From: Oikopleura dioica
Taxonomy: Eukaryota > Animalia > Chordata
Assembly (NCBI GenBank): GCA_907165135.1
Contig: OU015566.1
Coordinates: 496,001-560,000, forward strand
Direction of reading: 5' to 3'
Length of the DNA: 64,000 bases
The notes below the pieces were generated by a model. The model was given only the letters and a program-made list of their open reading frames with translations. It did no database searches and was not told the DNA's origin. The position numbers were made by a program, and so were the translations under genes. Below, in pieces: positions 14,444-26,182 of this stretch (positions are counted from its first letter, which is position 1; each line of letters starts with the position of its first letter).

Positions 14444-17400
14444 ATGAATGCATCTCCTGGAATCTTCAGTGACTTTGTGCCGCACGGCTATTATGCAGGC
14501 GATAGTAAAATTCCACGCCTGGCTTATGTAGATTCGGACTCTCCGACAAGAGCCCGTAAAACAAAGGATTGGTTCGCCAATTTAAATCTATACCTTAACG
14601 CTCTTGCAAATAAGCAGCTGCCGAAATCTCCGATGGTAGGACACGCCGAGAAGCTTCCGATGCTTTGGGGCGAGAGTATCAGCGAATGAGGCCCGAATTG
14701 GTCGGGAAAACTCGGAATCCCTTCGAGTTTGGAGGAGTTCGGTAAATGGAAAGATAACAACATGTACGATGGCCTAAAATACCTCGACAATATGGAATTA
14801 TCACAAGACAAGAAATCCTTCGTAGCTTCTAAACTTTACGATGGAATACAAGGTCGAAGACCAAAAGAAATGGTTCATGGGAACCTTCTTCCCTTATCTG
14901 ACGGTCGATGAATTCCCCCGCGTCCTCAGACCAGACACAGTCGAACAGGGAGTAATCACGGAAAAGAGTCCGACCACAATCATGCGCGAAATGATACGAT
15001 GTCTGGGGAAGGTGATCCTCCAGGCAGTGGAGCCAAATTCAAAAGCCGCCGTAGCAAATGGCGGGTTCGTTAATTTGCGGAGTTATTTGAGGACTCAGTT
15101 GGAACAATATTGCGAGACAGCGGGGGACAATCCATTCCTACATAATATACAGATCTTGCGCACCTTCGGGTCAGGCAGGTTTAGCTACGCACGCTCAAGG
15201 AATAGCTTCGACAATGTGCGCTCCTGCCTGAAAGAGTTCGTGGTGAACCATTCGAAAGATGTCAGATTTCCGGAAGGAACAGTATTGGGGAACACCACGA
15301 GCGCAAGGAGGACGATGTACTCGAAGGGCGAGTTAAAAAAATGGTCGCCGTTCATGGACATGATGACAATGTACTTCGTGGTGAGCCACCTGGGAAAGTC
15401 ACGATTGGAGGAGATCGCCCATAAAATAGCCAAGAAGTCCGGTGTGGACTTTAGCGAAGTAGGCCTGCGCGATTTCCTCTGCAATAAGAAATTAATTTTC
15501 GATGAATCGGACAAAGTGTCGGGCGCAAAGGGACATTTAATGCTAGAACATATTCAAATGGCAGCGGATATGTCCGTTAACGGTGACGTAAGTAGAGAGC
15601 TAGAGAAAGTTTATTCGGATTGGAAAAAAGCATCAGTGAAGAAACAGAAATACGAGAAAGTAAACGCCTTAGAGGACTTCTGCAGCGACGGCGCGGACGT
15701 TGGCTCCGACGATAATGTAGACGAGGTCAATGCAGTTTTCGGTAAGAGGAACAGACCTTTGGACATAAAAACTGCACTAAATAACAATCGTTACATTGTG
15801 GATACGAGGACAGGGGAAGTCTACGCTAAAACAAGCCTGACGTTATCTCCCACTGACCTGAAAACGGCAAACGAACGGCTTTCAAGGAAAAGCTTTTATC
15901 TCTTTCCAAAGCCGAGGCAGCAGCGCAGCGGGGGCTCCAAGGGCCGTCTAGCGAAACAGGCCTTTAACAGGGCCATGAATAAGTCGCAGAAGGTAAGAGG
16001 TAAAAACCAAACTTACCAGGCTTTCGCGATCGACCAGGAGGACGGGAAGTCGTCGGCACTGGTTGCGTTGCTGGACGAGCTCATGCGATCGAGCATGGAA
16101 GACGAAGACGATAGTGACGGGGAGCTGGAAGAAGTGGACGTCATCAGCGAATACGACGAATGCGGCATTGGTAAGTCTCCTCGTCCAAAAAATGATGCTA
16201 AAAAAGAATTTAGAGTAGAAGAAGAAGTCGCCAGCGTGGACGCGGAAAGAAGACGTTTCGACATAAATTTCGGCGTCCGCAACTGTGATAACAAAATAGA
16301 AAGATTTAAAGTACTTATCGAATCAGGTGCGTCGGTATCCGTCGCCCCGGAAGCATTCGTTTCGTTGTTAATGCATAATTGCAGTGAGAACGTGGCATTG
16401 CAGGATTGCACGAGCTCCAGGGCAAAGGTAGCCAGCGGAGGCTACATGGAGTTCCAGAATTATAACGCTAATTTTGACATCGAGTTTAATAGCGACTTGA
16501 AACTTACCTTTAGGGATTGTAAAGTTTACGCAGGACCACAGAAGACAGTCATCCTCGGGGCTGACAGCTTTGAGCGTAACAGGATCGAGGTCAAGTTCGA
16601 TGAAAACGATAAGTTGGAGGTGTGCGTAAATGGTAAGGCTTTACGCAGGATTTGGGAAGACTGTGAGGATATAGCGATTAATGACCCTGAAATCATGTTG
16701 ACCGGTGAGAAGCTAGAAAGAACGCCTACCTTGCATGATCATCTGTACGAGAACAGCGAGTTCTTAGACGAAAGACCTTCAAGGGCCTACGACCCTGATG
16801 GAACGAGGACATGGGCTCGGAAGCTGGAGAGAATACACGCTGAAAATCGGAAAAAGAACTCGAGGTCGAAGGTGCAGGTCGATCCGCTGGGCGACACGTT
16901 GTCGTCAGAACAGGTGGACATCGTTAATAAGGTTCTTGACGAATTCGAGGCCATTTTCGAAGGCACGGTGGGCCACGTGGCCGACAAGGAGTTTGAGGTG
17001 CACGCTAGAATAGACCCCGGAAATTCGGACCGGAGCCCAAAGTCGGCGCCGATCGGCTACGGTAAGAACTTACCGGAGAGCGTCATGAAGGCAATCGAGG
17101 ACAAATTAGACCAGGAAGCCGCGGAAGGGGTGCTGACGGTTCTACCTAAGCATATGACAGCGGCTAATTATATGAGCTTTTTCGGTGTTTCTAAAAAAGG
17201 CCCAAATGGCGAAGCCAGCGTCGAACTCACAGCTTCCAACGTCAGAGTGGTCGGCGATTGCGCACGCAGCGGCATTAACGACAAGACCGATCACGTGGCG
17301 AGGCAGACCGATTCGATACAGAGGATCCTCCAGCTTGCGGCCCCATTTACGAAGAAAGGTTTTGTCGCACAGGTAGACATCGGGGCCATGTTTCACTGCT

Positions 17401-20400
17401 TCGAGATCGAAGAAGAGTTGTGAAAACACTTCGTCATTCTTCACCCCAAAGTCGGCGAGTTGGCGTACCGACGGCTACCGATGGGATGGGTGAGCAGTCC
17501 AGTGTTGGCGCGCGAGATGATCACTAGAATCATGTACGATCACTTGGAGTACACTTCGATCTACATGGACGATTTTTTAATAGTGGCGGATTCGTTTGAC
17601 CAGTTGATTGAGAGGGTGCGAAAGGTCTTTAAGACACTCGCTTACCGTAATCTTCGACTCAAAGGGTCGAAATGCGTGATCGGTTCCAAGGACATTGTGC
17701 TTCTCGGGAGACGGGTAAAAGACGGCAAGATTTGCATGTCGAACCACATCCTAAAAAAGGCGTAAGCGGAAAATCCAAGCACAATTAAGACGGTGAAACA
17801 ACTAAAACGCTATATCGGAATAATAAACTATCTATCGATCGGGCTCCCCGCCGGACAGAAATGATGTGGAAGCTGAACGAGGCAGCATCAGGGTCAAAGA
17901 AATTAAGCGATTACGTGGAGTGGACACCAGAGTTACGAGCCTGCTACGAGAAGCTGGCGGAGGCAATAAACTCGCAAATGGTGGACCTTTATCCAATTGA
18001 AAAGGATCTCGATACCTTCCTTGTGGTCGACAGCTCTAATCTGGGCTCCGGGGGCTACCTTTATCAAAAGAAAGGGGACCGAACGCAAATCGTGCGACTT
18101 TGGTCCAGAAAGAGAGGGGATTCCCAATTGAAAACGCAGTGGAGCTCCTGTTAGTTGGAACTGCACGGCATTTTAAGCGCGACATTATGTTTCTGCTGGG
18201 AGATCGACTTCGTGTCTAAACCGGTAGTGATCATTACCGACTCTTTGTCGGTGAAAAAATTATTCGATAGAGCCAGGCAGGGGAAAGAGCTCAGCCTGGA
18301 CAAACGGATAAACGACCAAATAGTGAAGCTCCTGAGCTTCGACGTGGAGATTGTCTACGAGAAAGGGGAATCAACCAGGGTGAGAAATGGCGGGGGATAT
18401 TCTTGGGATGTCGCGCGCGCGCCAAAAAAACCTCCCAGGGCGTGTGGGAGGTTCTCGGCTTCTCACAGAGCGCGAGGGAGCTCCAATCCAAACGAGCCAC
18501 AGTGAAGGCGCACTACTGCTCTCGCGCTGCGCGGGATATTTGAAAAGAATAAGCGAGCGCTATTATCTCGGTGGGTGCACACTCTGACTAAATGAGATCA
18601 GATGCTTGAATTAATAAAGAATGATTTGTTTTTAATTTTTTATTGTAGAAAATATTAAAAAAGATTTTTACTCTAGAGTCTAGAGTCAAGACCTATCAAT
18701 GATAATGATAACATTATGATAATGACGTCCTTAAATTTTTATCAATCAATAAAATCAATAATTCCGAAGTATATAATGAATTGAATTTACTTCTGGCAAA
18801 GTTAAATATGGGAGTCACTATGTTATCGTTATTAGAAAATTTGGAAAAAATCCCATGTGACCGATAGGGTCCCTAAGATCATCATCTTGAACAGATTATT
18901 AGTCATTTTATTTTAAGTTAGTTAAATTATTTTTTTCGAGTTGAACTAGTGGTGAGTCTTATTCGGTCAAGCGCCCGCCTGTTTTGAACTGCTCCCCCGG
19001 GCTCTGTGAGCTCACAGCGCGTGCGGGGATCTTGTTTTTGAGGCACCTCACAAAGTTTTCTGTGATAATGGCGCCACCTCCCACACGCCCTGGGAGGTTT
19101 TTTTTCCGCGCGCTGGAGATCCCGCGCGAACCACGCGCCATTTTTCACCCTGGAATCAACCCAAATTGATCTTGCGGACTTTATCTCGAGAACAGATTAC
19201 CTGCTGAAAGAATGTGACGCCAAGTGCGCGGTCTGCAACGTAATTGATAAGTACGAGGCGGTGAACGAGATCCTGGGGCCAACCCTCGATTTGACGAGCG
19301 AGGAGACACTACCCTCGGTTAAGTTCGACAGATTCGAAGAGGTTTTCGCTTTCAAAGACGAGGCCGCCCTGAGAGCGACAATGCCGTCCCTGCGACACAG
19401 GCAAGTGTCGAGCTGGAAAAGCCGGAAAGACGCCGTCGAGGCGATCGTGACGAGAGGAGCCGCAAAGAGATCAGCTAGGAAACCGAAAGATGACTCGCTG
19501 AATCGTCTCGCCGAACGAATCCTGGAGCACCAGGGGAGCAGCTTTCTGAAAGATCGAGGATTAATCAAGGAAATTCAAGAGTGGGACGAAGTCACGAGGT
19601 GAGTGATCGAGTCAAAGCGCAAAAATGGTCGAATGCCAGGTCCCAAGGACCGCAAGGCGGAATCGTTACGAGGGTCCACGTACCTGTGTTCGAACGGCAC
19701 GCCAGAGATTCTCCGGAAAAGAAAAATAATGATCGGAACGCGAATATGCGAACCAGTGGTAATCCCGGAAGCCCTGGGCGCATCTGTTGCGAAGGCGTTC
19801 CATCGAGGTAATTGCGGGACGATTTCGCGCCTAAAGAATCTGGTCAAGGTGGAAGTTTGGTTCGCAAAGCTAGACAACGTCGTATCTGAGGAGGTGAAAA
19901 ATTGCCTCTCCTGCACTTACCAGCGCAACAGGGGAAAGATAGTAACCGGGTCTAACGAGTATGACGACCAGGACGCTTCTTTCGTCGGAGAAGTGCTGCT
20001 GGCAGACGTAGTCACGAGGAACAGCCACAAACAGTACGAAGAGTCGACCATGAAGTTTTACGTGGTCTCATGCGTCTTGTCGGGTTTCACAAGAATTTAT
20101 CACGTCAAAAATTCGGAGAATAACGCAGCCAGGGGATCAGACATCTTGCTCAAAGCGATAGGGGATTTCGACCGAGGCCTACGCACGAATTCTAAAATAA
20201 AGGTGGTTATGGACGGGAGCTCGATAAATAAGGGAATTAAAAACGCGACTTCTGGAACGAAATAAACGTGGAATTCATCCTCCCAGAGTCGCCGAGCCCG
20301 TCGAAAAACTTCTTATCGCCCCTGGACAGCAGGATCGCAAAGTTGAGCCCGGTGATACTCGCAGAGATGTGGAATAAAACTGACCCGAGGCTGATGGAGC

Positions 20401-21044
20401 TCCTCGTGCCCGACAAGCTGAACAGGACGAAGGGCGCCCATGGATACTCCCCAATGGAAATCTGGACCGGCCGGTCCGCGGTCGACGGCAAAAGAATCGA
20501 TATTGATATCGAAAAGATAAGAAAATTCGTTAGTGATAGCCGCGAACGCGCAAGAAATGCGGCGCTACGCCTGAACCGCGACGGAAGGTACAGATTACCA
20601 CTAGTGATCAAGCCGTTTGAGGAAGGAGATAAGTACGGGGGAGAGATGGTTTCGCCAATAAAGAAAGGGGATTTCATCCTCATCGAGGGGAATTACGATA
20701 AGAATAAGATGCATCCGTGGTTTAAAGTTTGCGAAACGCCCGAAATACCGGGGGGGATTGACTGGCTCAACGGGCAGGTCGGCACCCAGAAAATGGGGCT
20801 TGAGAACAAGAAGTTCTACACGTGGAGCTTCAAGAGCATTAAAGCGATAGTGGACGGAGACAACATCAACAAAGACGACATGAACAACTTTACGAAAATG
20901 ATGAGATGCTTCCTGCTCCAGGTCCCCGAGTTGTCGCTGCCCGAAGTAATGAAGCCAAGAAGCATCGTCACAAAAATTTTTGGAAAAAGAAAGACGGATT
21001 CGTTCATAATGAAATTATATTCTAAAGAAAAGGCGATGCAGTAG
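14444..21044 (+). pseudogene. gag-pol: gag-pol polyprotein (left copy), disrupted
   Basis: Protease VLIESGASVS, RT QVDIGAMFH / LPMGW / YMDDFLI, RNase H VVDSS / LELHGI / ITDS, integrase H..CLSC, LADV, VMDG, GYSPMEIWTGR. In-frame stops end at 14689, 17423, 17765, 18154 and 19602; frameshifts lie near 14840, 17850 and 20240; a hAT insertion starts at 18376. Confidence 0.9.
18376..19152. mobile_element. Non-autonomous hAT-like element (777 bp) in the RNase H region of the left arm
   Basis: TIRs CAGGGTGAGAAATGGCG / CGCCATTTTTCACCCTG, 8-bp TSD GAATCAAC at 18368-18375 and 19153-19160. The empty site is visible in the right arm (~30170). Confidence 0.95.
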
Positions 21045-21056
21045 TTTTAGAGCAGG

Positions 21057-24000
21057 TTATTTGAATCGTTGCACTCGGCTAGGCACGGCGGCTGGTGGAG
21101 GAGGAAACTCGCCAGCAAGAGGTGGAGCAGGAGCAGGAGCAGTGACCAAGGAGGAAGTAGCGTCTTGAGCAACAGCAGTCTTAGCGGCGATGGACTAAAA
21201 GGCGAAATTAAAGCTGAAACGCTAGAGTTGAAATTACCGCAAGAGGAGTCGGGTTAAGCTTCTTCTTCTTGAAAGGGTTGAAGCGAGAAGCAGCCGATGA
21301 AGCGGGAGCGGACGTTACAATTTGCTCATCGAGAGCAGTAAGAGCGTGAGTGACAGCGGGCGAGGTATACGCAGCGGACGCCCCTTCTACTTGAGCTTTC
21401 TGCTGGGCTTCTTGCTGGGCGAGTCGCAAGACGGATAAATCGTGTTCAGCTCGCGCATCAGCCAATTTAGCCCGACGTTGAGCGTCTTGGCTTTTCAATT
21501 CCGCCTCCTGCTGCAGCTGCTGGAACTTTATTTGGTCGCGTTGAGCGCGACTCTGCTGCTGACGCATTCTCGCAGCGCTATTTTCACTTCCCTGAGGCAT
21601 TAAGGCCGTAAAGCACTCCAAACATTGCTCGCATGTCGCTGTTATTCGACCAAGCATGCAGTTGGCCACAAACAGGACGGCGGCGGCCGACCAAAACCTA
21701 GAATTACTTTACCAATACGGAAATTTTAATCGATATTTACCAAGTAATTGGCCGGGCGCCGCCGCCCCGCCAGTGATCTTCGGTAGTCGTGCGAGAAGCT
21801 GCACCATGCGAGGAATGACAAGCGCCTGGAGTTCGGTCGCGGAGAGGCTGATGTCGCGTTGATTGCGCAGTAGATCGACACTGGTGTCGTCGTTGTAGTG
21901 ATCGTCGGTGTACGCGGGAAGCTTGTCCTGATCGACCATGTAGTCGATAAAGCCGGAATCGTACATGGATCCACGCCGGGAGCGAGCAGGCACGAAAGCG
22001 GAGGTTGAATCGGAAGCGAAATCGTCAAGGTTGTCGACAAAGGAAGGTAATTTATCCTGGTCGACCATGTAATCGATGAAACCAGAGTCGTACATGGCCC
22101 CACGGCGGGAACGAGCAGGAACGAATTCGATCACCTCATCGTCGGTGGAGGAAGGAAGCTTGTCTTGATCGACCATGTAGTCGACAAATCCAGACTCGTA
22201 CATCGACCCACGCTTCGATCGAGCCGGAACGGAACCGTCTTCAGTCGGAGAAGTGAGAGACCGAGGTGTGCGGGTAAAAGGCAAAGTGAGGTTGTAAGAG
22301 GCGGCCAGCGGAGCGGTGAAGTTGTAGAGCTGGTCGTAAACGCTAGAGCTAAGATGGGTTACGTCGTAGTCGAAGTCGCCGGAGACAATGTAGCGGTCCA
22401 TGTCGAAAACGAGACCAGAAACCGATCTCCCAAAGTCGCGGAAGATCGATCGCAATACCTCTGCAGTTTCGGCGGAAAAATTTTAGCAACAAGATGATCG
22501 GCAGCGACTTCAACATGGCGGATTCTGAATTCTCCGGCGATCTCCATCAGAGCGGAACCGTTCATGTCCTGAAGCGCTTGAAGGTGCTCCTTGGGAATCG
22601 TAACGTTGAGTAGGCCGAGGTGCAAATCGTCGTCAGTGACCCAGCGGACTTCCGGCTCGACCAGCTCATCATCGGTAAATCGCTTGGCAAGCCAAGTCTA
22701 AAGCGAAAATTAATTTAACTCGTCGATCATTAATCTTTGACTAATTAAACCGTTAAAAACTTACGCAACCCTTGACGACCCAAAATACGAGCCGGCAGAA
22801 CCACACGATGAGCCTCCAGAGGCCTGTCCAGTAAAGGATGTAGGCGACGAAGGAGAGGAAGATGGTGAAGAGGAGAGCGTAGATAGCGTATTGAACACAG
22901 ACGATTTTGAGAGCGCTGGGGGCCGGACGACCTTCTGAACCGGCAGCCAAAACTCTTGACGACGGTAAGCCTTCGCCAGGCGCCGCTGAAGATGTCGACG
23001 CCTTCGGACATTGAAGAGGCGATGAAAACGGCGGGGTCCTGAATACTTGGGCATCTGGCCCCCATCGATGGCATCGGCTTGTTTCTCTAGGTCTGAAATG
23101 TATTTGCGGTCGTCGTCGGTAACAAATTTAGAGTACGCTGGTGGGGAATCCATTTTTGGATGTGATATAACGAAAGAATTAGCGTAATTATATAGCCAGA
23201 AAGGGAGGGCGCCCGCCCTCAAAGGTCAGCTGAAAGAAGGTTGAACAGAGGCGCTCAACAGCTGATGCGATAGAGTGATGTTGATTTTGGATAGCGGTGG
23301 CGCAGTAAGAGGCAATAAGGCGTTCGCACACAAGAAAACGTTGATGCGATTCAAGGTAAATAGTAAGAGCGGCGGCCAGCTGTTCGCCAAAGGATTCAAA
23401 AGAGCCGTCATCGCCGTCACGCACTTGACTCGTAACTCTAGGAGGAACGTCAAGGTTGAAATGAAGCTCGACAGGGAAATCCATCATCCGTATTGAGTCG
23501 GCAACAAAACTAAAAACGATTACGCGGAGCGAGCAAAATCTCTTACGCGAAAAAAGCTACAAAATCCTGATAAGGGCTCTCGGAGACCCAGGACAACAGC
23601 TGCGCGGGAGTGCGGTCCTCATAAACCTGCTTGCGAAGCTGATAAAGACGGTGTGGTACGTATAGGTCGTTATGAGGGCGAAAGGAACCAAGGAAAGCAA
23701 CATCGAATTCAGGGAAAAGTGGATAAACTCGCTCCAGCTTTACGCTAAAATAAGTAACGATATACCGAACCCAAATAAGACCGACCCAAATGGAGAATCG
23801 CCGAACGTTCTAGCATCCTGCAGCCATCGATATCGCCTTATATCACCAGTGGAAACAGGCTGCGAAAATCCCCTCGTCCGAGATTCGAAGTAGGAGGAAG
23901 ACGCGGTCGCTTCATAGCACTCATCGATGAACTCGAAAATCTTCTTTTCTTCAGAGGCAGCAGGAGAATCAGGAATGGGTTCGTAATCAGCGTCATCGTC

Positions 24001-24336
24001 GCTAGCAAGTCCGGCTTTGCAAGTGGATCCGGGGGGAGAAGCTTCCACCTTCGCCCTCTTGACATCAACAGGTTTGATGACGGTACCATCAAGGTCCGCC
24101 AATTTCCGCTTGTTTATCGTCGTTATTTGAGCCGCGCGTTTTGCAGCGACTAAGTAAATGTAAAAGCTAGTCGGCCAATAGAGGGATCAAGCAGCGCTAT
24201 TTACATGCATTTGCGGACAGATCCCAGTTAAACAGCGGAGACTTACCCAAAGATCTGCGAGCTCGTTTACGAACAGGCAATTTCGCGTTTTGGGAGATCT
24301 CAATCCCAATTTGCGCCATTACGGTATCGTCAAGCC
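21057..24336 (-). pseudogene. Left-arm copies of accessory genes A (5'-truncated), B (extra 1-nt frameshift) and C (intact frame)
   Basis: Mirror of 25000-28273. Gene A lacks its ATG here because that lies in the unique spacer. There is a 1-nt homopolymer loss near 22455, and the 7 nt missing from right-arm gene C are present. Confidence 0.75.
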
Positions 24337-24427
24337 TCTAGAGGCGTCGGTTGCCGGGCTGTCTTCAGTTTTTCGTTTCTTCGTTCGCGAAACCAAATTC
24401 CTAGCGATAGCGTTATTTTATTATTTT

Positions 24428-24844
24428 CTAGAGAGACTTTACCTCGAGCTGACTAGCGGCTTGGGCGAACGCGAATTGCGCTTTGTGCATTTCCAGTCGG
24501 AGGTTTTCAACCTTGTTTGCCAGGGATTCGTTGAACTTGAGCTGAATGTTGAAGAGCGCGTTAATTGCTTCTTGGCGGGCTCTTTCGTCGTCGGACTCGC
24601 AGTCTATGGTTGCCAGGTCCTTCGTCGAGAAGTCTTGCTTGCAGCCGGGGCACTTGTTCCGATCCCAGCTCATGCTATCTTCGAAACAAAGTCGGCAAAG
24701 GCGGAAGCAGTTGACGTCCTTTCCCAGCCCGCAGAAGTGAGCTCGTTCTGGATGCATGTCGAGGAACGGTTTGTTGCACTCTTCGCAAAAGTCCTTTTCT
24801 CTCAGGAGATTGATCCACGGTTCATTCATCGCCTTCCTCGGCAT
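24428..24844 (-). CDS. RING-finger-like protein with C-terminal coiled coil (in the 663-bp unique spacer)
   Basis: CEEC...C...CFRLCRLC-x11-CPGC, resembling C4C4 (NOT4-type) RING spacing, followed by a heptad-like region (ARQEAINALFNIQLKFNESLANKVENLRLEM). First in-frame ATG at 24844. Confidence 0.7.
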   Translation of the reverse strand: MPRKAMNEPWINLLREKDFCEECNKPFLDMHPERAHFCGLGKDVNCFRLCRLCFEDSMSWDRNKCPGCKQDFSTKDLATIDCESDDERARQEAINALFNIQLKFNESLANKVENLRLEMHKAQFAFAQAASQLEVKSL

Positions 24845-24956
24845 TTTGTCTTTTCGGTTTCTCACGAGTTATTCTTTTAGACTGCCTCGCGTCCATTGGT
24901 CCTCGATAAATTTTCGATCCACGCTGCCTTCAAGCCAGATTCACAGCCGCGCTTCG

Positions 24957-26148
24957 ATGTCGACTACCGCTCAAACTCGTAGCCGTTCGAAGCGAAAACG
25001 GCTTGACGATACCGTAATGGCGCAAATTGGGATTGAGATCTCCCAAAACGCGAAATTGCCTGTTCGTAAACGAGCTCGCAGATCTTTGGGTAAGTCTCCG
25101 CTGTTTAACTGGGATCTGTCCGCAAATGCATGTAAATAGCGCTGCTTGATCCCTCTATTGGCCGACTAGCTTTTACATTTACTTAGTCGCTGCAAAACGC
25201 GCGGCTCAAATAACGACGATAAACAAGCGGAAATTGGCGGACCTTGATGGTACCGTCATCAAACCTGTTGATGTCAAGAGGGCGAAGGTGGAAGCTTCTC
25301 CCCCCGGATCCACTTGCAAAGCCGGACTTGCTAGCGACGATGACGCTGATTACGAACCCATTCCTGATTCTCCTGCTGCCTCTGAAGAAAAGAAGATTTT
25401 CGAGTTCATCGATGAGTGCTATGAAGCGACCGCGTCTTCCTCCTACTTCGAATCTCGGACGAGGGGATTTTCGCAGCCTGTTTCCACTGGTGATATAAGG
25501 CGATATCGATGGCTGCAGGATGCTAGAACGTTCGGCGATTCTCCATTTGGGTCGGTCTTATTTGGGTTCGGTATATCGTTACTTATTTTAGCGTAAAGCT
25601 GGAGCGAGTTTATCCACTTTTCCCTGAATTCGATGTTGCTTTCCTTGGTTCCTTTCGCCCTCATAACGACCTATACGTACCACACCGTCTTTATCAGCTT
25701 CGCAAGCAGGTTTATGAGGACCGCACTCCCGCGCAGCTGTTGTCCTGGGTCTCCGAGAGCCCTTATCAGGATTTTGTAGCTTTTTTCGCGTAAGAGATTT
25801 TGCTCGCTCCGCGTAATCGTTTTTAGTTTTGTTGCCGACTCAATACGGATGATGGATTTCCCTGTCGAGCTTCATTTCAACCTTGACGTTCCTCCTAGAG
25901 TTACGAGTCAAGTGCGTGACGGCGATGACGGCTCTTTTGAATCCTTTGGCGAACAGCTGGCCGCCGCTCTTACTATTTACCTTGAATCGCATCAACGTTT
26001 TCTTGTGTGCGAACGCCTTATTGCCTCTTACTGCGCCACCGCTATCCAAAATCAACATCACTCTATCGCATCAGCTGTTGAGCGCCTCTGTTCAACCTTC
26101 TTTCAGCTGACCTTTGAGGGCGGGCGCCCTCCCTTTCTGGCTATATAA
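24957..26148 (+). CDS. Accessory gene A: 4 exons, predicted 338-aa basic/NLS-rich protein of unknown family
   Basis: Exons 24957-25089, 25187-25550, 25592-25789 and 25827-26148. Introns are GTAAGT..TTAG (97 nt), GTCGGT..TTAG (41 nt) and GTAAGA..TTAG (37 nt), and all phases match to give one open frame of 1017 nt. Contains KRKR, KRARR and KRAK motifs. Confidence 0.75.
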
Positions 26149-26182
26149 TTACGCTAATTCTTTCGTTATATCACATCCAAAA

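Larger units (their letters stand above)
16465..24336. repeat. Left arm of ~7-kb inverted duplication
   Basis: Reverse complement of 25000-32082. Both boundaries were read at base level (ACGCTAATTTTG at 16465 / CAAAATTAGCGT ending 32082; CAAGCC ending 24336 / GGCTTG at 25000). The 789-nt length difference is explained by a 785-nt hAT+TSD insertion, one 7-nt indel and three 1-nt indels. Confidence 0.95.

Noticed and set aside
17421-19602. Alternative genetic code or programmed readthrough explaining the in-frame stops
   Set aside because: All three stop types occur, one replaces the conserved Glu position of the RNase H ELE motif, and neighbouring genes end normally in TAA, TAG or TGA. Mutation is the simpler explanation.
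15185-21007. Minus-strand ORFs overlapping gag-pol, and their mirrors in the right arm
   Set aside because: These are antisense shadows of a GC-rich coding region, with no motifs or splice support.
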